DNA of 64,000 nt, taken from NCBI GenBank assembly GCA_009914755.4, contig CP068257.2, positions 42,496,001-42,560,000 on the forward strand, written 5' to 3'. The notes under the pieces were generated by a model. The model was not told the DNA's origin. It searched no databases and was given only the letters and a program-made list of their open reading frames with translations. The stretch is from the human T2T-CHM13v2.0 reference genome, Homo sapiens. Below, one piece after another: positions 12,622-27,834 of the stretch (position 1 is its first letter; each line of letters begins with the position of its first letter). The position numbers and the translations under genes are program-made.

Positions 12622-13689
12622 GAGTAAGAAAAATAAAAGCTTTTATTACCTTTCTTATTCCTTCTCGATCACTCGTGCCTTTCTTTATGTAAATCCAAGT
12701 TTCTGACTTGTACATTTTTTTTCCTCTCTAAAGAACTTTTAACACCTTTTGCAAAGCAGGTCTACTAGTAACAAATTCTCAATTTTTGTCTAAGTCTATT
12801 TTTCCTTGACTTTTGAAGGATAATTTCGCTGGATACAGAATTCTAGGCTTGTGGATTTTTTCTCAACACTTTAAATATTTCAGTCCACTGTATTTTTACT
12901 TGCACAGTTTCTGTAAAGTCAAAACTAATTCTATAAGAAATGAATGTATTCTTTGTCTGTAGTTTAGGTGTTCCTCCCCACCCGCTGCTGGCTTCTTTCA
13001 AGATTGTTTCTTTAACTTTCTGCAGTTTCAATACCAAATGCCTAGGTGTAGATTGGGCATGATACCGCTTTTAGCCTGCTCTAAAACACAAGCAGGACTT
13101 GGTGCCTGGACAGGCACCCAGCAGGGGAGACAGTTCCAGGACTCACCCCAGCTGCTGCAAGCGTTTCCCTGCAGGAATGGGATGTGGCTGGGGAAGGGGT
13201 GTGGCTGTGGAAGAGGTGTGGCTGCGGAAGCCTTCCAGGCTCCTGCTGGGTCTGGAAGTGCTCCCTACCCCCGTGTCTGTGTTGCTTTCCTGGGGCCTCC
13301 AGCCGTGGTGAGAAAGGCATGGGTGGGGGCCGAGGGAGGGGCTGGCTGGCTTTAGACTGTGCTGCTGCGTAGATGGGTGCCTGGCAGCCTCCCTGGGCAC
13401 AGCCGTGGAAGAGACTGCCATCTCCGTCAGCCTCAGTCACCCCGACCCTGAGGCCCAGCGGCTGTCCTAGAGGGGAGGAACTGGAACCTGGGAAGTCGAC
13501 CAGGTGTGCACCATGGGGTCATTGGCCGGCACTAACCACCAAGTGGCTTCAGGGGTGGGGGCAGCCTGGGTAGACCAGGCCAGGAGACCGGCCCAAACCA
13601 AACGGCTGACTCACGGGATTGTGAGCAAATACAATGATGGTTTCAAGCCACTAACAAAATCTCTCAATTTCACTTAGCGTCATGTTCTC

Positions 13690-14090
13690 GGGGCCCATCT
13701 GTGTTGCAGCGTGTGTCAGAGTTTCCTTCTTATGGCTGAAAAATATTCCATCGTGTGCGTGGGCCACATTTTGTGTGTTCATTCCTCTGGCGATGGACGC
13801 TCGGGCTGCTTCCATGTTTTAGCTGGTATGAATAATGCTGGCGTGAACATGGGCGCCAGGTGTCTCTCTGAGACTCACTTTCGGTTCTGCTGGGCCCACG
13901 CCTGGAAGTGGAATTGCCGCGTCATGTGCTCGTTCTGACTTGAGGAACTAACTGCCTTCCTGCTCTCCCTGCAGCTGCGCCATCTTCCAACCCAGCAGCG
14001 CTACACAAGGCTTCCGGTTTCCCCACATCCTCGCCGACACTTGTCACTGTTTTTGTTGATAATGGATGTGAGGTGGTTGTGGGGATTTCT
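13690..14090 (-). mobile_element. L1 LINE fragment (ORF2 3' region), antisense.
   Basis: ..ggctgaaaaatattccatcgtgtg..ttccatgttttagctggtatgaataatgctggcgtgaacatgggcgcc..cctcgccgacacttgtcactgtttttgttgataatgg.. matches antisense L1. Confidence 0.75.
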
Positions 14091-14094
14091 TGCC

Positions 14095-14760
14095 AGGCCT
14101 TCCCGGGGAGCTGCTGTTGGCCTCTCGGGTCATTTCTTGGTGGTTTTGCTGTCCTCACCCACGAGCCATGCTGGACACCATGTGACACGAGTCCCCTAAG
14201 TGTGGGCCCCGTGCATATTCTCATTTTACTTCTTTATGGAGCCACTGCCGACTGCAGGGTCCGGGCTGGACCCGGGGAGCAGTGGGGTCCCGGAGAGATG
14301 GGGCTGCCTGGGCCGGCAAAGCCACCTCTAGGGAACCTGGCTAGCATCCCATCTGGGCTCCTGAAGTGTGAGATTGTGAGGGTGGCCTCTGCTGTGGGTG
14401 CCAGTGCTGCCTGAGGCTGTGGTGGGAATGGAGCAGGGCACTCTGTAGCGTGGATTGTCCAGGGAGGTGTTTGTGACAGGCTTCCCAGGGTCACGGGTGC
14501 TTGGGAGAAGCAGGAACAGGGCAGGGTCATCCTGGGTGGACCCGGACGACCAGGACTGGGTGCCTGGCCTCAAAAGGACAGACCTCCCTGAGCGGGCAGA
14601 CCCTGCTCTCGTGGAGCTCAGGACTGCCGGGGCTCCAGCCAGTCCCTTCCCCGCTCCTCCTGGGGACCTGATCTCAGGGCCCTGGGGGCGTGGTATGGAC
14701 GTCTGACGGGGCAGATTCCATCTCTGGTGATGACTTGGCAGGTCCCCAGCGAGAGGAGCG
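14095..14760. repeat. Inverted-duplication copy B, the partner of 10275-10930.
   Basis: See copy A. The ORF-track peptides FPGSCCWPLGSFLGGFAVLTHEPCWTPCD and MSREVFVTGFPGSRVLGRSRNRAGS occur on opposite strands in the two copies. Confidence 0.8.
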
Positions 14761-15029
14761 CAGCACCCTGGCTGGTGCTGCGGTGGGGGCGAGGGGAAGG
14801 CGGGGCAAGGCGTTCTTCCCACGGCCAGGCCACCGAGTCGCCTGGAGGGCCTCATGAGGAATGAGTTTCACTGCCCAGACAAGCAGTGTTGGCCAGCCAG
14901 GCCTAGTTCCTGATTCCAGCTCAGCAGCTGACTCTCCTGCCATGGGACCTCAGACAAATCATGTGCCCGCGGCGGCTCCAGAGAAAGGGGCTGAGGACAC
15001 CTGCTCATGGGGCTTGCAAGGACTTGAAC

Positions 15030-15200
15030 TGCATGCGTGCGCGGGTGTGCACATAGGCACGTGTGACGTGTGTATCCGTGCGTGTGCAGGTGTGCACATA
15101 GGCACGTGTGATGTGTGTATCCGTGCATGTGTGTGTGCGGGTGTGCAGCGCACCTGTGGGCAGGCAGGTGTGTGTGCACACGTCTGCACATAGTCATGTG
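15030..15200. repeat. GT-rich imperfect tandem repeat, ~57 bp unit, about 2.5 copies.
   Basis: gtgtgcacataggcacgtgtgacgtgtgtatccgtgcgtgtgcag recurs at 15043 and 15090. Confidence 0.7.
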
Positions 15201-16079
15201 TGATATGTGTATCTGTGCACATGTGTAAGCCTCTGGGACCAGGTCCGGTAGGCCCCAGCCTGCAGGTGTGGCATGAATGGTAACTATTTTTACTGCCTTG
15301 CAGTGTGAGTTACCTTCTTAGAAAACCACTGCAGCCACAAGAAAAACAAACAGCAGCCAGTCATTTAGAGACACGGGCTGGGTGCTGAATGCAGCAGAGC
15401 CTTTCTATGGCGAATGCGGAGCCTGTGGCCGGCAGGAGCCGGGAGGGCATCGTCTCTAAGCCTGCAGCTGGCCGGGTGCTCCCGCTCCTGTGGTGGTGGC
15501 AGTCCAGGGCTATCAGGCGCTCTGGCTGTCCCGGCTCCCGCCTCTGCCTGGTGGGCAGAGGGGAGGATTGGCAGTTTGCTCCTGCCATGTGGCGTGTGGC
15601 TTGTGGGACGCCCACATTGCCGGTCCTCAGGCTGCGGCTGGGACACACCTTCCGAATTTTCCGAGGACCAAGTGCAGTCACACACAGGACCATGCTGTAA
15701 ACCTGCGCGGCTCCGAGCGAGTGCACGGGGCTGGCGGGCCCTCGATTCGTCAGCAGTCGGGGTCAGTGCTGGCCCAGAGCCAAGGCGGCTCGTGGGTGTC
15801 TGGGAGGTTTGGGGTTGCTCAGAGGAGCCCCCCAGGTCAGACTTGGTGCTCCAACCCCTTCTGGAATTCTTTGGTCCATCCCAGAGCTCGGCTCACATTC
15901 TTCTCCCATCTTTTAGGCCTTCTGGAACCTTCCAGGGCCCTGTTGCTCCCACTACTTCTTCTGAGGGCGTGCCTACCACGTGCTGGCTCTGTACGTATTT
16001 TACCTCATTTAGCAGTTGCTGCAGATGTGCATTGTAGCCGTATCGGAAACCCAGCGCTGCTGTGGCAAAAAATCACCAC

Positions 16080-16400
16080 ACCCCAAACCAGCAGAGATTC
16101 ACCCCACACCCCCACACCAGCAGAGATTCACCCCACACCCCCAAACCAGCAGAGATTCACCCCACGCCCCCAAACCAGCAGAGATTCACCCCACGCCCCC
16201 AAACCAGCAGAGATTCACCCCACGCCCCCAAACCAGCAGAGATTCACCCCACGCCCCCAAACCAGCAGAGATTCACCCCACGCCCCCAAACCAGCAGAGA
16301 TTCACCCCACGCCCCCAAACCAGCAGAGATTCACCCCACGCCCCCAAACCAGCAGAGATTCACCCCACGCCCCCAAACCACCAGAGATTCACCCTCCCAC
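16080..16400. repeat. Minisatellite (VNTR), 29 bp unit, ~11 copies, highly homogeneous.
   Basis: ccaaaccagcagagattcaccccacgccc recurs with period 29. The first copies read cacacc and the last reads ccaccagagattcaccctccc. Confidence 0.9.
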
Positions 16401-17977
16401 AGTTATGGTGCCAGAAGTCCAAGGTCAAGGTGTGAGCAGGGCTGGCCCCCGAGGCCGTGAGTGGGGTCTGTCCCAGGCCGCTCCTGGCTTTGTGGCCTGA
16501 GGTCTTCCGTGCTTCTTGGCTGGCGGAAGCACTGCCACGGCCTCGGCCCCGTGTCATGTGGCCTGTTCTCTCTCTGTGTGTCTGGGTGGGTCAGGGCCCA
16601 CCCAGCTGACCTTGCTTTAACCTCGTTACCTCTGTGCAGACCCTGCCTCCAAATAAGGTCACACTCACAGGTCTGGGGTCAGGACCTCAACACATGGCTG
16701 TGGGGGACACAGTTCAGCCCAGGAGGGAAACTGAGGCACGAAATGGGGTGCATTTCCTGAGGCCCCATGGCTCATAAGGAGACGAGGGGCTGCGGGTTGG
16801 GGTCCCAGATGCCCTCTCAACACAGCAGCCACCATCCTGGCTAGTCCCAGGCCCTCCTGGGTCCCCCGTCTTTACTCAGGGTGGCCCTGTGTGCCTGGCC
16901 TGTCCTCAGGTCACCCTGACTCTAGTATGGGACACCCCACCTCAGAGGGCACCTCCTCGGGGTTGGGTTATGGTTTTTTTAAGTCTCTTGGAACGCCCCC
17001 CCGATGGCGTGGGCCCAGCTGTTGAGGAGGTGGGGCTGTGGTCTTGGCTGACGGTGCGGCACCCGCATACCTGACCTGGTTAGGACCTCCAATCTGGAAT
17101 TGCTACTGACTCAGTTTCCCCACATGGAAGCCACCCCTCATGCCAGCGACGGGCCTTCTTTTCTGTCCCCTGCTGTGGCCTCCCTGGCGGGTCTTCTGCA
17201 CCCTGTGTGGCCTGGGTTCTTGGCCCCAGGGGAAAAGGGGGCTCCTGCTGGGGGCAGAGAGGGAGGGGCAGGGCAGGGCCCGGAGAGAGATCTCAGGATT
17301 GTCTTCGGATGGCACGGCCTGGTCCCTCAGGTTCTGATCATTTTCTTCATTTTCACGACTCCCTGCACTTTCTGGTTTTGGGTGAGGCCAAATAGCAGAA
17401 GTATTAAAATATTCCTCCTTGGGCGTCTCATGGTGTTTCTGATCTGGGCTGAAACAGGAAGCTCTGTGAGCTGATGTGGCACCGGAAGTCTCTGGGAGCC
17501 TGGGCTGTGATCCGGCCCAGCCCACCCTGGTGGGGAACGCGTCCTGGGGACCGTGCTGGGTTTTGGGAAAACACTGGGTCACCCTCTCCCATTGAAAGAT
17601 GGCCTGGGGGAGCTGGGTCCTGTCTACGTGAGTTTGCCGGGGCCGCCTCGCACACACCGTGGCCAGGTGCTCCCACAGCAGATGTGGGTTCTCTCCAGTC
17701 CTGGGGGCGTCCCGGGTTGAGGTGCGGCGTGGCTGTTACGAAGCCTCTCCTTGCAGGCAGGCGGCACCACCTCCCTGTGTCCTTGCGTGGCCGCCCCTCC
17801 TGCGTGTCTGTGTCCTCCTCTTTTAAGGACGCCGGTAGGTCAGGTCAGAGCCCACCCTGGTAACCTTATTTCACCTTTGTCGCCTCTGTAAAGACCCTGT
17901 GTCTGAATACAGGCGGATCCTGAAGTCGGGACTTCACTCTGTGAATTTGGGGGACGCAGTGCAGCCCATAACCTTAT

Positions 17978-17981
<4 letters not shown>

Positions 17982-18032
<51 letters not shown>
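17982..18032. repeat. (GT)n dinucleotide microsatellite, ~25 repeats.
   Basis: An uninterrupted tgtgtg.. run. Confidence 0.95.
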
Positions 18033-18035
<3 letters not shown>

Positions 18036-18253
18036 AAATCTGTATGAGGGCTGATGGCAAAGCAGTTAGCTGTGTTGTGTAGACAACGCCGTGGCCAGAA
18101 CAGAGCTTGTTCTCGGGCAAAAGGAGAGCGAGGAAGCTGAGCAGGGATGGCGTCCCAGAGGCCTCGGAGGCCCCGACATGGTCCAGGAGGCCCCAGGAAG
18201 GCTCTTGCTGTCCCTAAGCCCAGAGGTTTTCAGGGGTCTATGTGAATTGTCAC

Positions 18254-18637
<384 letters not shown>

Positions 18638-19270
18638 TAGAATCTATACAAAACACAAGGTTTACCACTTTAGCCACTTTAAAGAGCTCACTTGGTGTCC
18701 CCAAGGGCCCGTGGTGCCACCACTGCCAGTGCACAGGCCCGGCCCCTCCCCCGCCAGGCCTGTCTCTAAGGCCTTGCCCACCCACCCCTCCCCCTACCCA
18801 GGCCTGTCTGTCTCTAAGGCCCGCTGTGGCCACACGTGGACCCCACACCCTGGAGAACCTGGGCTTGTCCTTGGAGGAAGTAATAACAAAGAGCCCACCT
18901 GGTCGTGGATCCCAGCTCTGCACCAATGGCCGTGAGACCAGGGCCCCTGCCTCAGTTTCCTCATCTGTCAGTGAGCCTGGACCAGGGTAGTGAGGTAGTG
19001 TGGGAGGCCATTGCAGTCCTGGGCACAGCCCTGGGGGCCAGGAGACGCCTCCATCAGCCGTGGGCCCAGGCGCTGCCAGCAGCAGGGCAGTCCCTGAGGG
19101 TCTCCCCCGGAGCACTCCAGACCCCCTTCCCCTCCGGATCCCCGCACGCCTCCGCTCCTCAGCAGATGACAGGCCAGCTGCTCTCCTGGGCTGGTTCTGC
19201 AGCGCCGACTGAGGTGAGGGCTCCTGTGCAGGTGACACGAAGGAGGGATGTGCAGATGAGGGGACAGGTG

Positions 19271-19396
19271 AGGGGCAGGGCAGGGCCTCCCTTAACCCAC
19301 CCCCTATGGCCCTGGCACAGAGGTTCCAGTACCTGCGCTCCAGGGGCAGGGCCTCCCTTAACCTGCCCCCCATGGCCCAGGCACAGAGGTTCCAGT
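19271..19396. repeat. Tandem duplication, ~63 bp, 2 copies.
   Basis: aggggcagggcagggcctcccttaacc..ccccatggccc.ggcacagaggttccagtacctg.gctcc occurs twice in tandem. Confidence 0.75.
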
Positions 19397-19989
19397 ACCT
19401 GGGCTCCAGGCAGAGTGTATCTAGCACCCCAGAGACCGAGGCGGGCTGTACCGTTGGCTGCTGGGAGCGAGAGCCCTGGCTGGGTAGGCAGGGGACGGGG
19501 AGGGGAGAGCATGAGGGGACCCTCCCAGCAGCCTCTGCATGCGGGCAGCCGGCCTGCCACCCTGGGCAAGCGGGAGGGGCTGCCTTGCCAAGGGACCCTC
19601 ACAGATGAGGTGTGAGGGACAGAGACCCCCGACGGCTGCTGGAGGCACCCACGGGGCTCCCTGGAGCCTCCCTGTGGTCCTGGGTCCCCTTACCCGATTG
19701 TTGCAGGAGGGGCCAGCACAGGGCAGGTGCCTGAAGAGCAGGTGCCGGAAGAGCTACCGCAGCCCAGGCAGCAGGGGAGGAAGTCAGTCTCCTCGGGGGG
19801 GTTTCCAGACAGGGGCCGCTTTTGTTGAGGGCACAGAATGTCTCCAAAAGGTCGGTTCGTTATCACATGAGTCACCAGAGAGAGGGGGACGGAGAGAGGA
19901 ACGCCGCAGCCTCCAGTTCCCCTTCAGCTCTGTGCCCAGGAGCAGTGGCTGGGTGAGGGTGGGAGCCAGGCTCCCCGAGAGGGCAGCAG

Positions 19990-20450
19990 CGGAGGCTGCA
20001 CCGTCCCTGTCCTGCCTCTGCCCCTGCCCTGTCCTGCCCTGAGTCCCTGCCCCCTCCTTGTCCTGCCTCGTATCCCTGCCCCCTCCCTGTCTTGCCCCGC
20101 ATCCCTGCCCTGTCCGTGTCCCTGCCCCTGTCCCTGCCCCTGCCCTGCCCCTCTCTGTCCTGCCCCACGTCCCTGCCCCTCTCCCTGCCCTGCCCCACGT
20201 CCCTGCCCCGTCCCTGTCTTGCCCCATGTCCCTGTCCCTGCCCCACGTCCCTGCCCTCATCCCTGTCCTGCCCTGCATCCCTGCCCTGCCCCTGCGCCTG
20301 TCCTGTCCCGTGTCCCGCCCCGTCCCTGCCCCTGTCCTGCCCTGCGTCCCTGCCCCATCCCTGTCCGTACCCCTGTCCTATCCCGCATCCCTGCCCCTGT
20401 CCCTGCCCCTGCCCTGCCCCTCTCTGTCCTGCCCCACGTCCCTGCATGGG
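19990..20450. repeat. C-rich minisatellite (CCCTGYCC-type variable units) on the + strand, so G-rich on the - strand.
   Basis: Reiterated ccctgcccctgtccctgcccctgccctgcccc / ccacgtccctgcccctctccctgcc. Both strands give proline/glycine-rich spurious ORFs. Confidence 0.85.
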
Positions 20451-21260
20451 TCCTGGGCCTCAGCACCAGGTTCTGGGCCCGCTTCCTTGCAGCCCCTTCC
20501 CCAGAGCCCACCAAAGACCCGAATCCTCACACTCTCGGGACAGGTAGCTGTGGGTGGCTGAGAGGGACTGGCCCCTCCCTGGCCAAGTCCACAATGTCAG
20601 GACCCTTGCTGCCCTCCTGCTTCGGGCTCAGCCCCAATGCCCCCGATTTGAAGTGAAGCTGCCCAGTGCCCTCTCTGGGGCCCTCCCAGGAGATGCAGGC
20701 TGGAGGGGCTGCCCTGGAAAGCCCTTCCTTTCCCTAGAGAGGTCCCCGCCCTGAGAGGGAAGGGCCCGGGCGATGATTCCAGGCTGGGAGGAGGAAGGCG
20801 CGTGCCAAGCGCTCCTCGGAGTTGATGCCCCATGGCGTAATGTGCAGCTGCTGCTGGAGAAGAGATGCAGGCAGATTACTGAACCCTGAGAAATGAAAAA
20901 GCATGATCGCGGTCTTGCCAGCATAGGCGGCCGTGGTCCGTGCTTGCAAGTCTGAGGGCGGAGGAGCCCGCCGCCCGCTTCTCATGGGCCCACCCCTGTG
21001 ATCCAGCATCTGTAAAACTCCCTGGGAGGCCACAGCCTGCCCTGGCCCAGCCCCTGGGACCGCGAGGGCCGTGTGATACTTTCTCCAGTGGCATTTACAG
21101 AAAACTTCCCTCTGCCCTACCATTTTAGTTGGCTTTGGGATAGTTTGCAGTATTTCCTGATTAAAATAATGTTGAGAAGAACATTTGGGCCTCTGAGGCC
21201 TTTTCCCTAGGGTATTTTCTGAGAAATGACAGAGATTCAAGGGCTGTGAACATTTTGTAG

Positions 21261-22733
<1,473 letters not shown>

Positions 22734-23144
22734 TGAGGGGGACTCAACCTTGGGCTTCCATGTGCAACCCTGCCGAGTCCAACGGAGCAGGAACCCAGAG
22801 TCAGGTCAGAGAGAATCCCACCCCGATGTCTGAGCTCCAGGAGCAGATCAGACCTCAGTCCTCGACGCCTTCAGCAGGATGCCCCGGCCCTGCCGCACCC
22901 TCCTGGTGATTTTCCAGCCACGGACCCCCTCACTTCTCGGCTGTGAACCCCCCTTGTCCTGCTGCACCCAACATAGAGCCCGTCTCTCCCTCACTGCGGG
23001 AGTCCATAATGAAGTCTTCCTTGCCATTACGATAAGCACCAGGATAATTTTTCCTTAACAGGTTCTCTCTAGACTGGATCAGGGACAGTCTTGGCTGTAA
23101 ATTGTGAATTAGCTGTGACTCTGCCACCCACGGTTGCCCGCCAG

Positions 23145-23260
23145 AGTTCTTTCTAAATGTTCTATCTGAGCCTGGCCGTTGCTGCTGGCTCTGGAGGTGC
23201 CAGAGTTTCTGAACGTTAATCTGAGCCTGGCCGTTGCTGCTGGCTCTGGAGGTGCAGTCA
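23145..23260. repeat. Tandem duplication, ~62 bp, 2 copies.
   Basis: tctgagcctggccgttgctgctggctctggaggtgc occurs twice, at 23165 and 23221. Confidence 0.75.
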
Positions 23261-24039
23261 CACCACCCTGGCTGACACGCCTCGGCCTGACCTGCAGTCT
23301 CACCCCACAGAAGGATCTGGGGTGAACGTCTGGCTCCAGGCACTGTTGCAGGGCTGTTGGGTCCTGTGTCTGAGCCCACAAAGGCTTCCTGGGAGCGGCA
23401 TCGCCAGCCCTGTGGACCCTGCTCCCTATGGGCTTCTGGGTATAGATCAGGTGCCCAGCATGCGCCCCCAGACAGGAGCTCCCCTCTGCCCTGCCTCTGG
23501 GACCCACTTTCACCCAAGTCCTGTGGGACTGGCATAGCCTAGGGCCCGGGTGCTGGCAGCATCTGGCTGGAGCCTGGGGCGGGGCAGGGCAGGGCCTTCC
23601 AGGCGCGTTCCCGAGCGTGCACTGAAGGTGTTAGCGCGTGGCACCGGAGACACCAGGCTGGATGAGGCTGGACAAGCGCCTCCGCCAGAAGCAGCACAGG
23701 CCTGACACAGGCAAACCTCCCGGAGACCACCCCACGGACCCCAGCCCCTGCTGACCCTCCCAGGAGGCGTTGCTGGAAATCCACCCTGAGAATTCTGCTC
23801 CAGGAGCTGAACCAGCGGTATCAGCATCTTAAAGCGCTGACCTACCTCTCGGCTGTGTGATATCTAGGGGTCCGTCCCAGACCAGCATCCCCAGGGCTGA
23901 CGGGTCTGCAGGGCACAGAGATGTGGGACCTGCTGTGTCTCTGCCCCACAGTGGCCATGCCGGGACACAGAGCTGCTGCTTGGGGAAGGGACAGATTCAG
24001 ACACAGTAGTGGGTTAACCTGAGGCCCTCTCAAAAGACA

Positions 24040-24345
24040 TGTCCACCTAGAACCTCGGGAAGGGACACGTCCGCCTGGAACCTCGGGAAGGGACGCGTCC
24101 GCCTGGAACCTCGGGAAGCGACGCGTCCGCCTGGAACCTCGGGAAGGGACACGTCCGCCTGGAACCTCGGGAAGGGACGCGTCCGCCTGGAACCTCGGGA
24201 AGGGACGCGTCCGCCTGGAACCTCGGGAAGGGACGCGTCCGCCTGGAACCTCGGGAAGGGATGCGTCCGCCTGGAACCTCGGGAAGGGACGCGTCCGCCT
24301 GGAACCTCGGGAAGGGACGCGTCCACCTGGAACCTCGGGAAGGCC
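24040..24345. repeat. Minisatellite (VNTR), 28 bp unit, ~11 copies, very pure.
   Basis: gaacctcgggaagggacgcgtccgcctg recurs with period 28. Variants are acacg/acgcg and one gatgcg. Confidence 0.9.
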
Positions 24346-25356
24346 TTTGCAGATGTGATCGAGTTAAGGATCTCAAGATTCAAGATAAGGTCACCCCAGG
24401 TTGCCTGCGTGGGCCCTGAGTCCAGTGGCGTGTCCTGGAGGGAGACCAGCAGAGGTGGAGGGCACGTCCATGGGCTGAGAAGGGCAGGACTGTGACAGGA
24501 GGGAGGTGCAGGGCGGATCCCCAGAGCCACTGCCTCCCCACGCTTGACCTCAGGCTCCTGGCCCCAGAACCATGAGGGAATAAACTGTCCTTTTAAGCCC
24601 TCTGCTGTGTGATGATTGGCAGTGCCAGCAATGGGAGCTGATACAGACCCTGATCGGGGACCCAGACACCTGGCAGCTTGGGCTGGGCCCCTTCGAGTTA
24701 AAGCTGGCCTTGCTGCTACCTGTCCCTCGCTGAGTCCTCGCTGCGCACTGTGGCTGCACCTGGCAAGCACAGGGAGCCCCTGGGGTCCTGTGGGTGCAGA
24801 CATGGGTCCCTCGGTCTGGGTGGCTGAGATGGAGCCCCTCCCCAGCTCCGGGGAGCACTGGGCCGGGGACCACCCATGAGTGGTGAGTATCTCTCCCGCT
24901 GCACCTTGAGGTCACCCAGGAACCTTCAGAAGTGCTGATGCGGGGACCCCGCTCCCCACTGTCCAGGGTGGACTGGCTAGGCGGTGGCCTGGGCATCGGG
25001 ACACATTACAGCTCTCCAGGGAGCGCGGTGTGCAGCCAGGATGGAACCCGTGGTCCTGGTGCTGAGGATGGCGGGTGCCTGCCTCCATCTCCGTGGGCCA
25101 GCCTTCGGGGCCCCGTTTCCTGGAGCAGCGAGGGCTTCACGTGGCTGTTGAGCTGCAGAAGGAGGGGCCCTCCCAGCACCCCATTCAGAGCCAGCGGAGG
25201 AATCTGAAGGCATGGGGAGGGCGGGGTGGAGCCGAGGTTGCAGAGAGGCTGGACCCTGAAGCCTCAGGAGTTCAACTGGCACGGGGTGCGGGGAGTGGCA
25301 GCCGGGAAGCCGGCCTGGGGCTTTCTCCTCTCGGCCTCCTTTGCTGGCGTCTCAGG

Positions 25357-25630
25357 TGGAGGGGCCTGTGTGGCAGGCGGGTGGCATGAGGGTGAGGGGC
25401 CTGTGTGGCAGGCGGGTGGCCTGAGGGTGAGGGGCCTGTGTAGCAGGCGGGTGGCCTGAGGGTGAGGGGCCTGTGTGGCAGGCGGGTGGCCTGAGGGTGA
25501 GGGGCCTGTGTAGCAGGCGGGTGGCCTGAGGGTGAGGGGCCTGTGTGGCAGGCGGGTGGCTTGAGGGTGAGGGGCCTGTGGGGCGGGCGGGTGGCCTGAG
25601 GGTGAGGGGCCTGTGGGGCGGGCGGTGGCT
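25357..25630. repeat. Minisatellite, 35 bp unit, ~8 copies.
   Basis: ggggcctgtgtggcaggcgggtggcctgagggtga recurs with period 35. Variants are tagcagg and ggggcgggcgg. Confidence 0.9.
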
Positions 25631-25689
25631 GCAGCGTGGAGATTGTTGTCAGCACAGAATTGTGGCACCAGTTGTTGAGACGCAGTGAC

Positions 25690-25765
25690 AGGCAGATGAC
25701 TGGCCAGGCAGTGACAGGCAGATGGCTGCCCAGGCAGTGACAGGCAGATGGCTGCCCAGGCCGCG
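25690..25765. repeat. Short tandem array, ~27 bp unit, ~2.7 copies.
   Basis: gacaggcagatggctgcccaggcagt is repeated. Confidence 0.7.
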
Positions 25766-27834
25766 GCCTTGTCTGCACCTGCCTGAGCATGCAGAGAGGC
25801 CCCCACACTGGTCACCCAGGGTCCGGGTGTGCCCACAGATGCTGCCCCCGCGCTGTGGGCAGCCCTGGCCCAGGCAGGTTCTCTGGAGCTGCTCCCGCCC
25901 AGTGCAGGCCGTGTGCAGGACCTTTGTTTATCCCCCTGGATGTTGAACTTGGCCAGCTTACGGCACTGAAACAAAGGCCCTGACTGCTGCCTGAACCCGC
26001 CCCGGGCTCACTTCCATGCCCAGGCCTGCGGGAGGGGCTGGGGTGTGCAGGAGAGTTGGGCGTTGGGAGGCCACCCCACCGCGTGCCTGCAGTGCCCTCT
26101 TCTCGGCCCCAGTCCCCAGCATATCCATGGGGTGCCTTCCAGTGTGGGTTTCGGGAACCTCCACATTCCAGCCTGGAGTCCTGGCCATGGGGAAGGGACG
26201 CCCACTGTGCTCATCCCGTGCGGCCGCCTCGTGCCCATCAGAGGCTGCACCAAACCCCGTGCGCCCTCTGGGCGATCAGAGCCGGAGGCCTCAAGTGGCC
26301 CAGCCCTGCTGGCTGCTGCGGGACCTCAGCTGCTGTGGGGCAGGCGTCTATGGGTTCCCAGGGCCCTCCCCTCCCCACAGGGGTGTGAGGAGGTGCAAAG
26401 GGGATGCCTCCTGGCCTGACCCCACGGCCAGACCAGTCCTGTGTGTCCTGAGTGAGGACGCCTATCCCTGAGCCCCAGAAACGCACCAGGAGGCAGGTGT
26501 GAGACGGCTGTGTCCCCAGCTCCTGCTGCAGTTGGCCCACAGCGGGCCCCTACGAGGCTGGGCGGTGAGGGGACGGCTCGGACCGCCCGCGCCCCAGGAC
26601 CCCTGTGTCGGCCTCATCCTGCGCCTCAGCCCCAAACCCTGCAGCTCCCGGGACCCTGGCACCCGGTCACCCTCCACAGCGCCACGGGGCTCCTCTGACC
26701 CCACCCTTGTTGCCAGCCCAGCCGGAGTCTGACTTCTCCGTGGTGCCGCCCCCACCCCCGGGAATGACATGCCGGGGCGGTGGAGCCAGGCCCTGGGCCC
26801 GGGGGCAGGACAGGCAGGGACCATGAGCAGCTCCACAGAAACCCTTCCCCAGGGCTTCAGGGGCCAGGCGGGACCCCCACTTCCGGGAGGAGACCCCAGT
26901 GCCCCTCACGCTCAGGGGTGCGGTGGGTGGAGAGATTCGGAGGGGAGAGCTGGGGGCTCCGGAGGAGGGGCTGTGGGTGGGACCCCGTCCCCCTCTGGCT
27001 GCAGCAGGCAGTGAAGCTGCATCAGGGGCTCCACCCTGCTGACCACAGTCCTGGGGCACCCAGTGGAGGCCGGAGACACCAGCAGGTTCTCCTGGTCACA
27101 TGGCCCCACCTGCCCTGTCCCCCAGAGCCCCCCAGGCTTGGGATGAGTTGCGAGGGGTCGGATGGACGGCGCAGGACACACGACACAGAGTAGTTGTGGC
27201 GGTTGCCCCTAGGGAGACGTGGAGAGAGGCCCCAGGGCACCCTGGAAGCGGAGGCTGTGGCTCCGTGTGTCCCAGGGCACAGCACCGCCCCTCACAGCCG
27301 AAGCTCTGATCCCTTGGTCTCAGGAAACACTCAGGAAGTGCAGGGCGGGCGTGGGTCTGATTTCAGGGTGAGGGAGCTGGCAGCCCCAGGAGTGAGGAGG
27401 CCCCAGTCCCCTTTCACCAAGCCCGTCCTCCCCTTCCCGCTGCCACGACACTGGTGCCTGCAGCCGTGCCAGCTAGGAGGGCGACGTGGACAGGATTTCT
27501 CTCTAGAAAGGATCCTGGGGTCCGATTGAGAAGCTGGCTTGAACGTTAGACGCTGTAGCTCAGAGCACTGGGTATGCACCCAGAAGGAGAAGTGCTCATC
27601 ACATGGTAATTCTTTTGTTTTGTTTTTTTAAGAAAAAGGTCTCACTCTTTGCCCAAAGCAACTTTCTTATTTATCTTTGCATCCTAAGAGTCTAAAACAA
27701 TGACTGGCATGAAGTATACAAACTATACATCGCCTAGTAAGTGGATAAAACGATTAATTAATTTGCCCAACATTCAAAACGTGATGGGGTGGGATTCACA
27801 GCCATGACTTCTCATTGCAACGCTCAAGCTCCTT

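Noticed and set aside
15490-16500. A 336-aa ORF with a repeated PAEIHPTPPNQQRFTPRPQTSRDSPHAPK motif.
   Set aside because: It is generated by the 29 bp VNTR. Three units equal 87 bp, or 29 codons. There is no independent coding evidence.
24040-24345. A regular 28 bp direct-repeat array considered as CRISPR-like.
   Set aside because: The repeats are contiguous with no unique spacers. The sequence is human (Alu/L1 context). It is a minisatellite.
27540-27600. The motif gacgctgtagctcagagcactgggtatgcaccc, resembling a tRNA 5' end (GTAGCTCAG..).
   Set aside because: There is no acceptor-stem complement, anticodon arm or T-loop (GTTCGA-like) downstream. No cloverleaf can be drawn.
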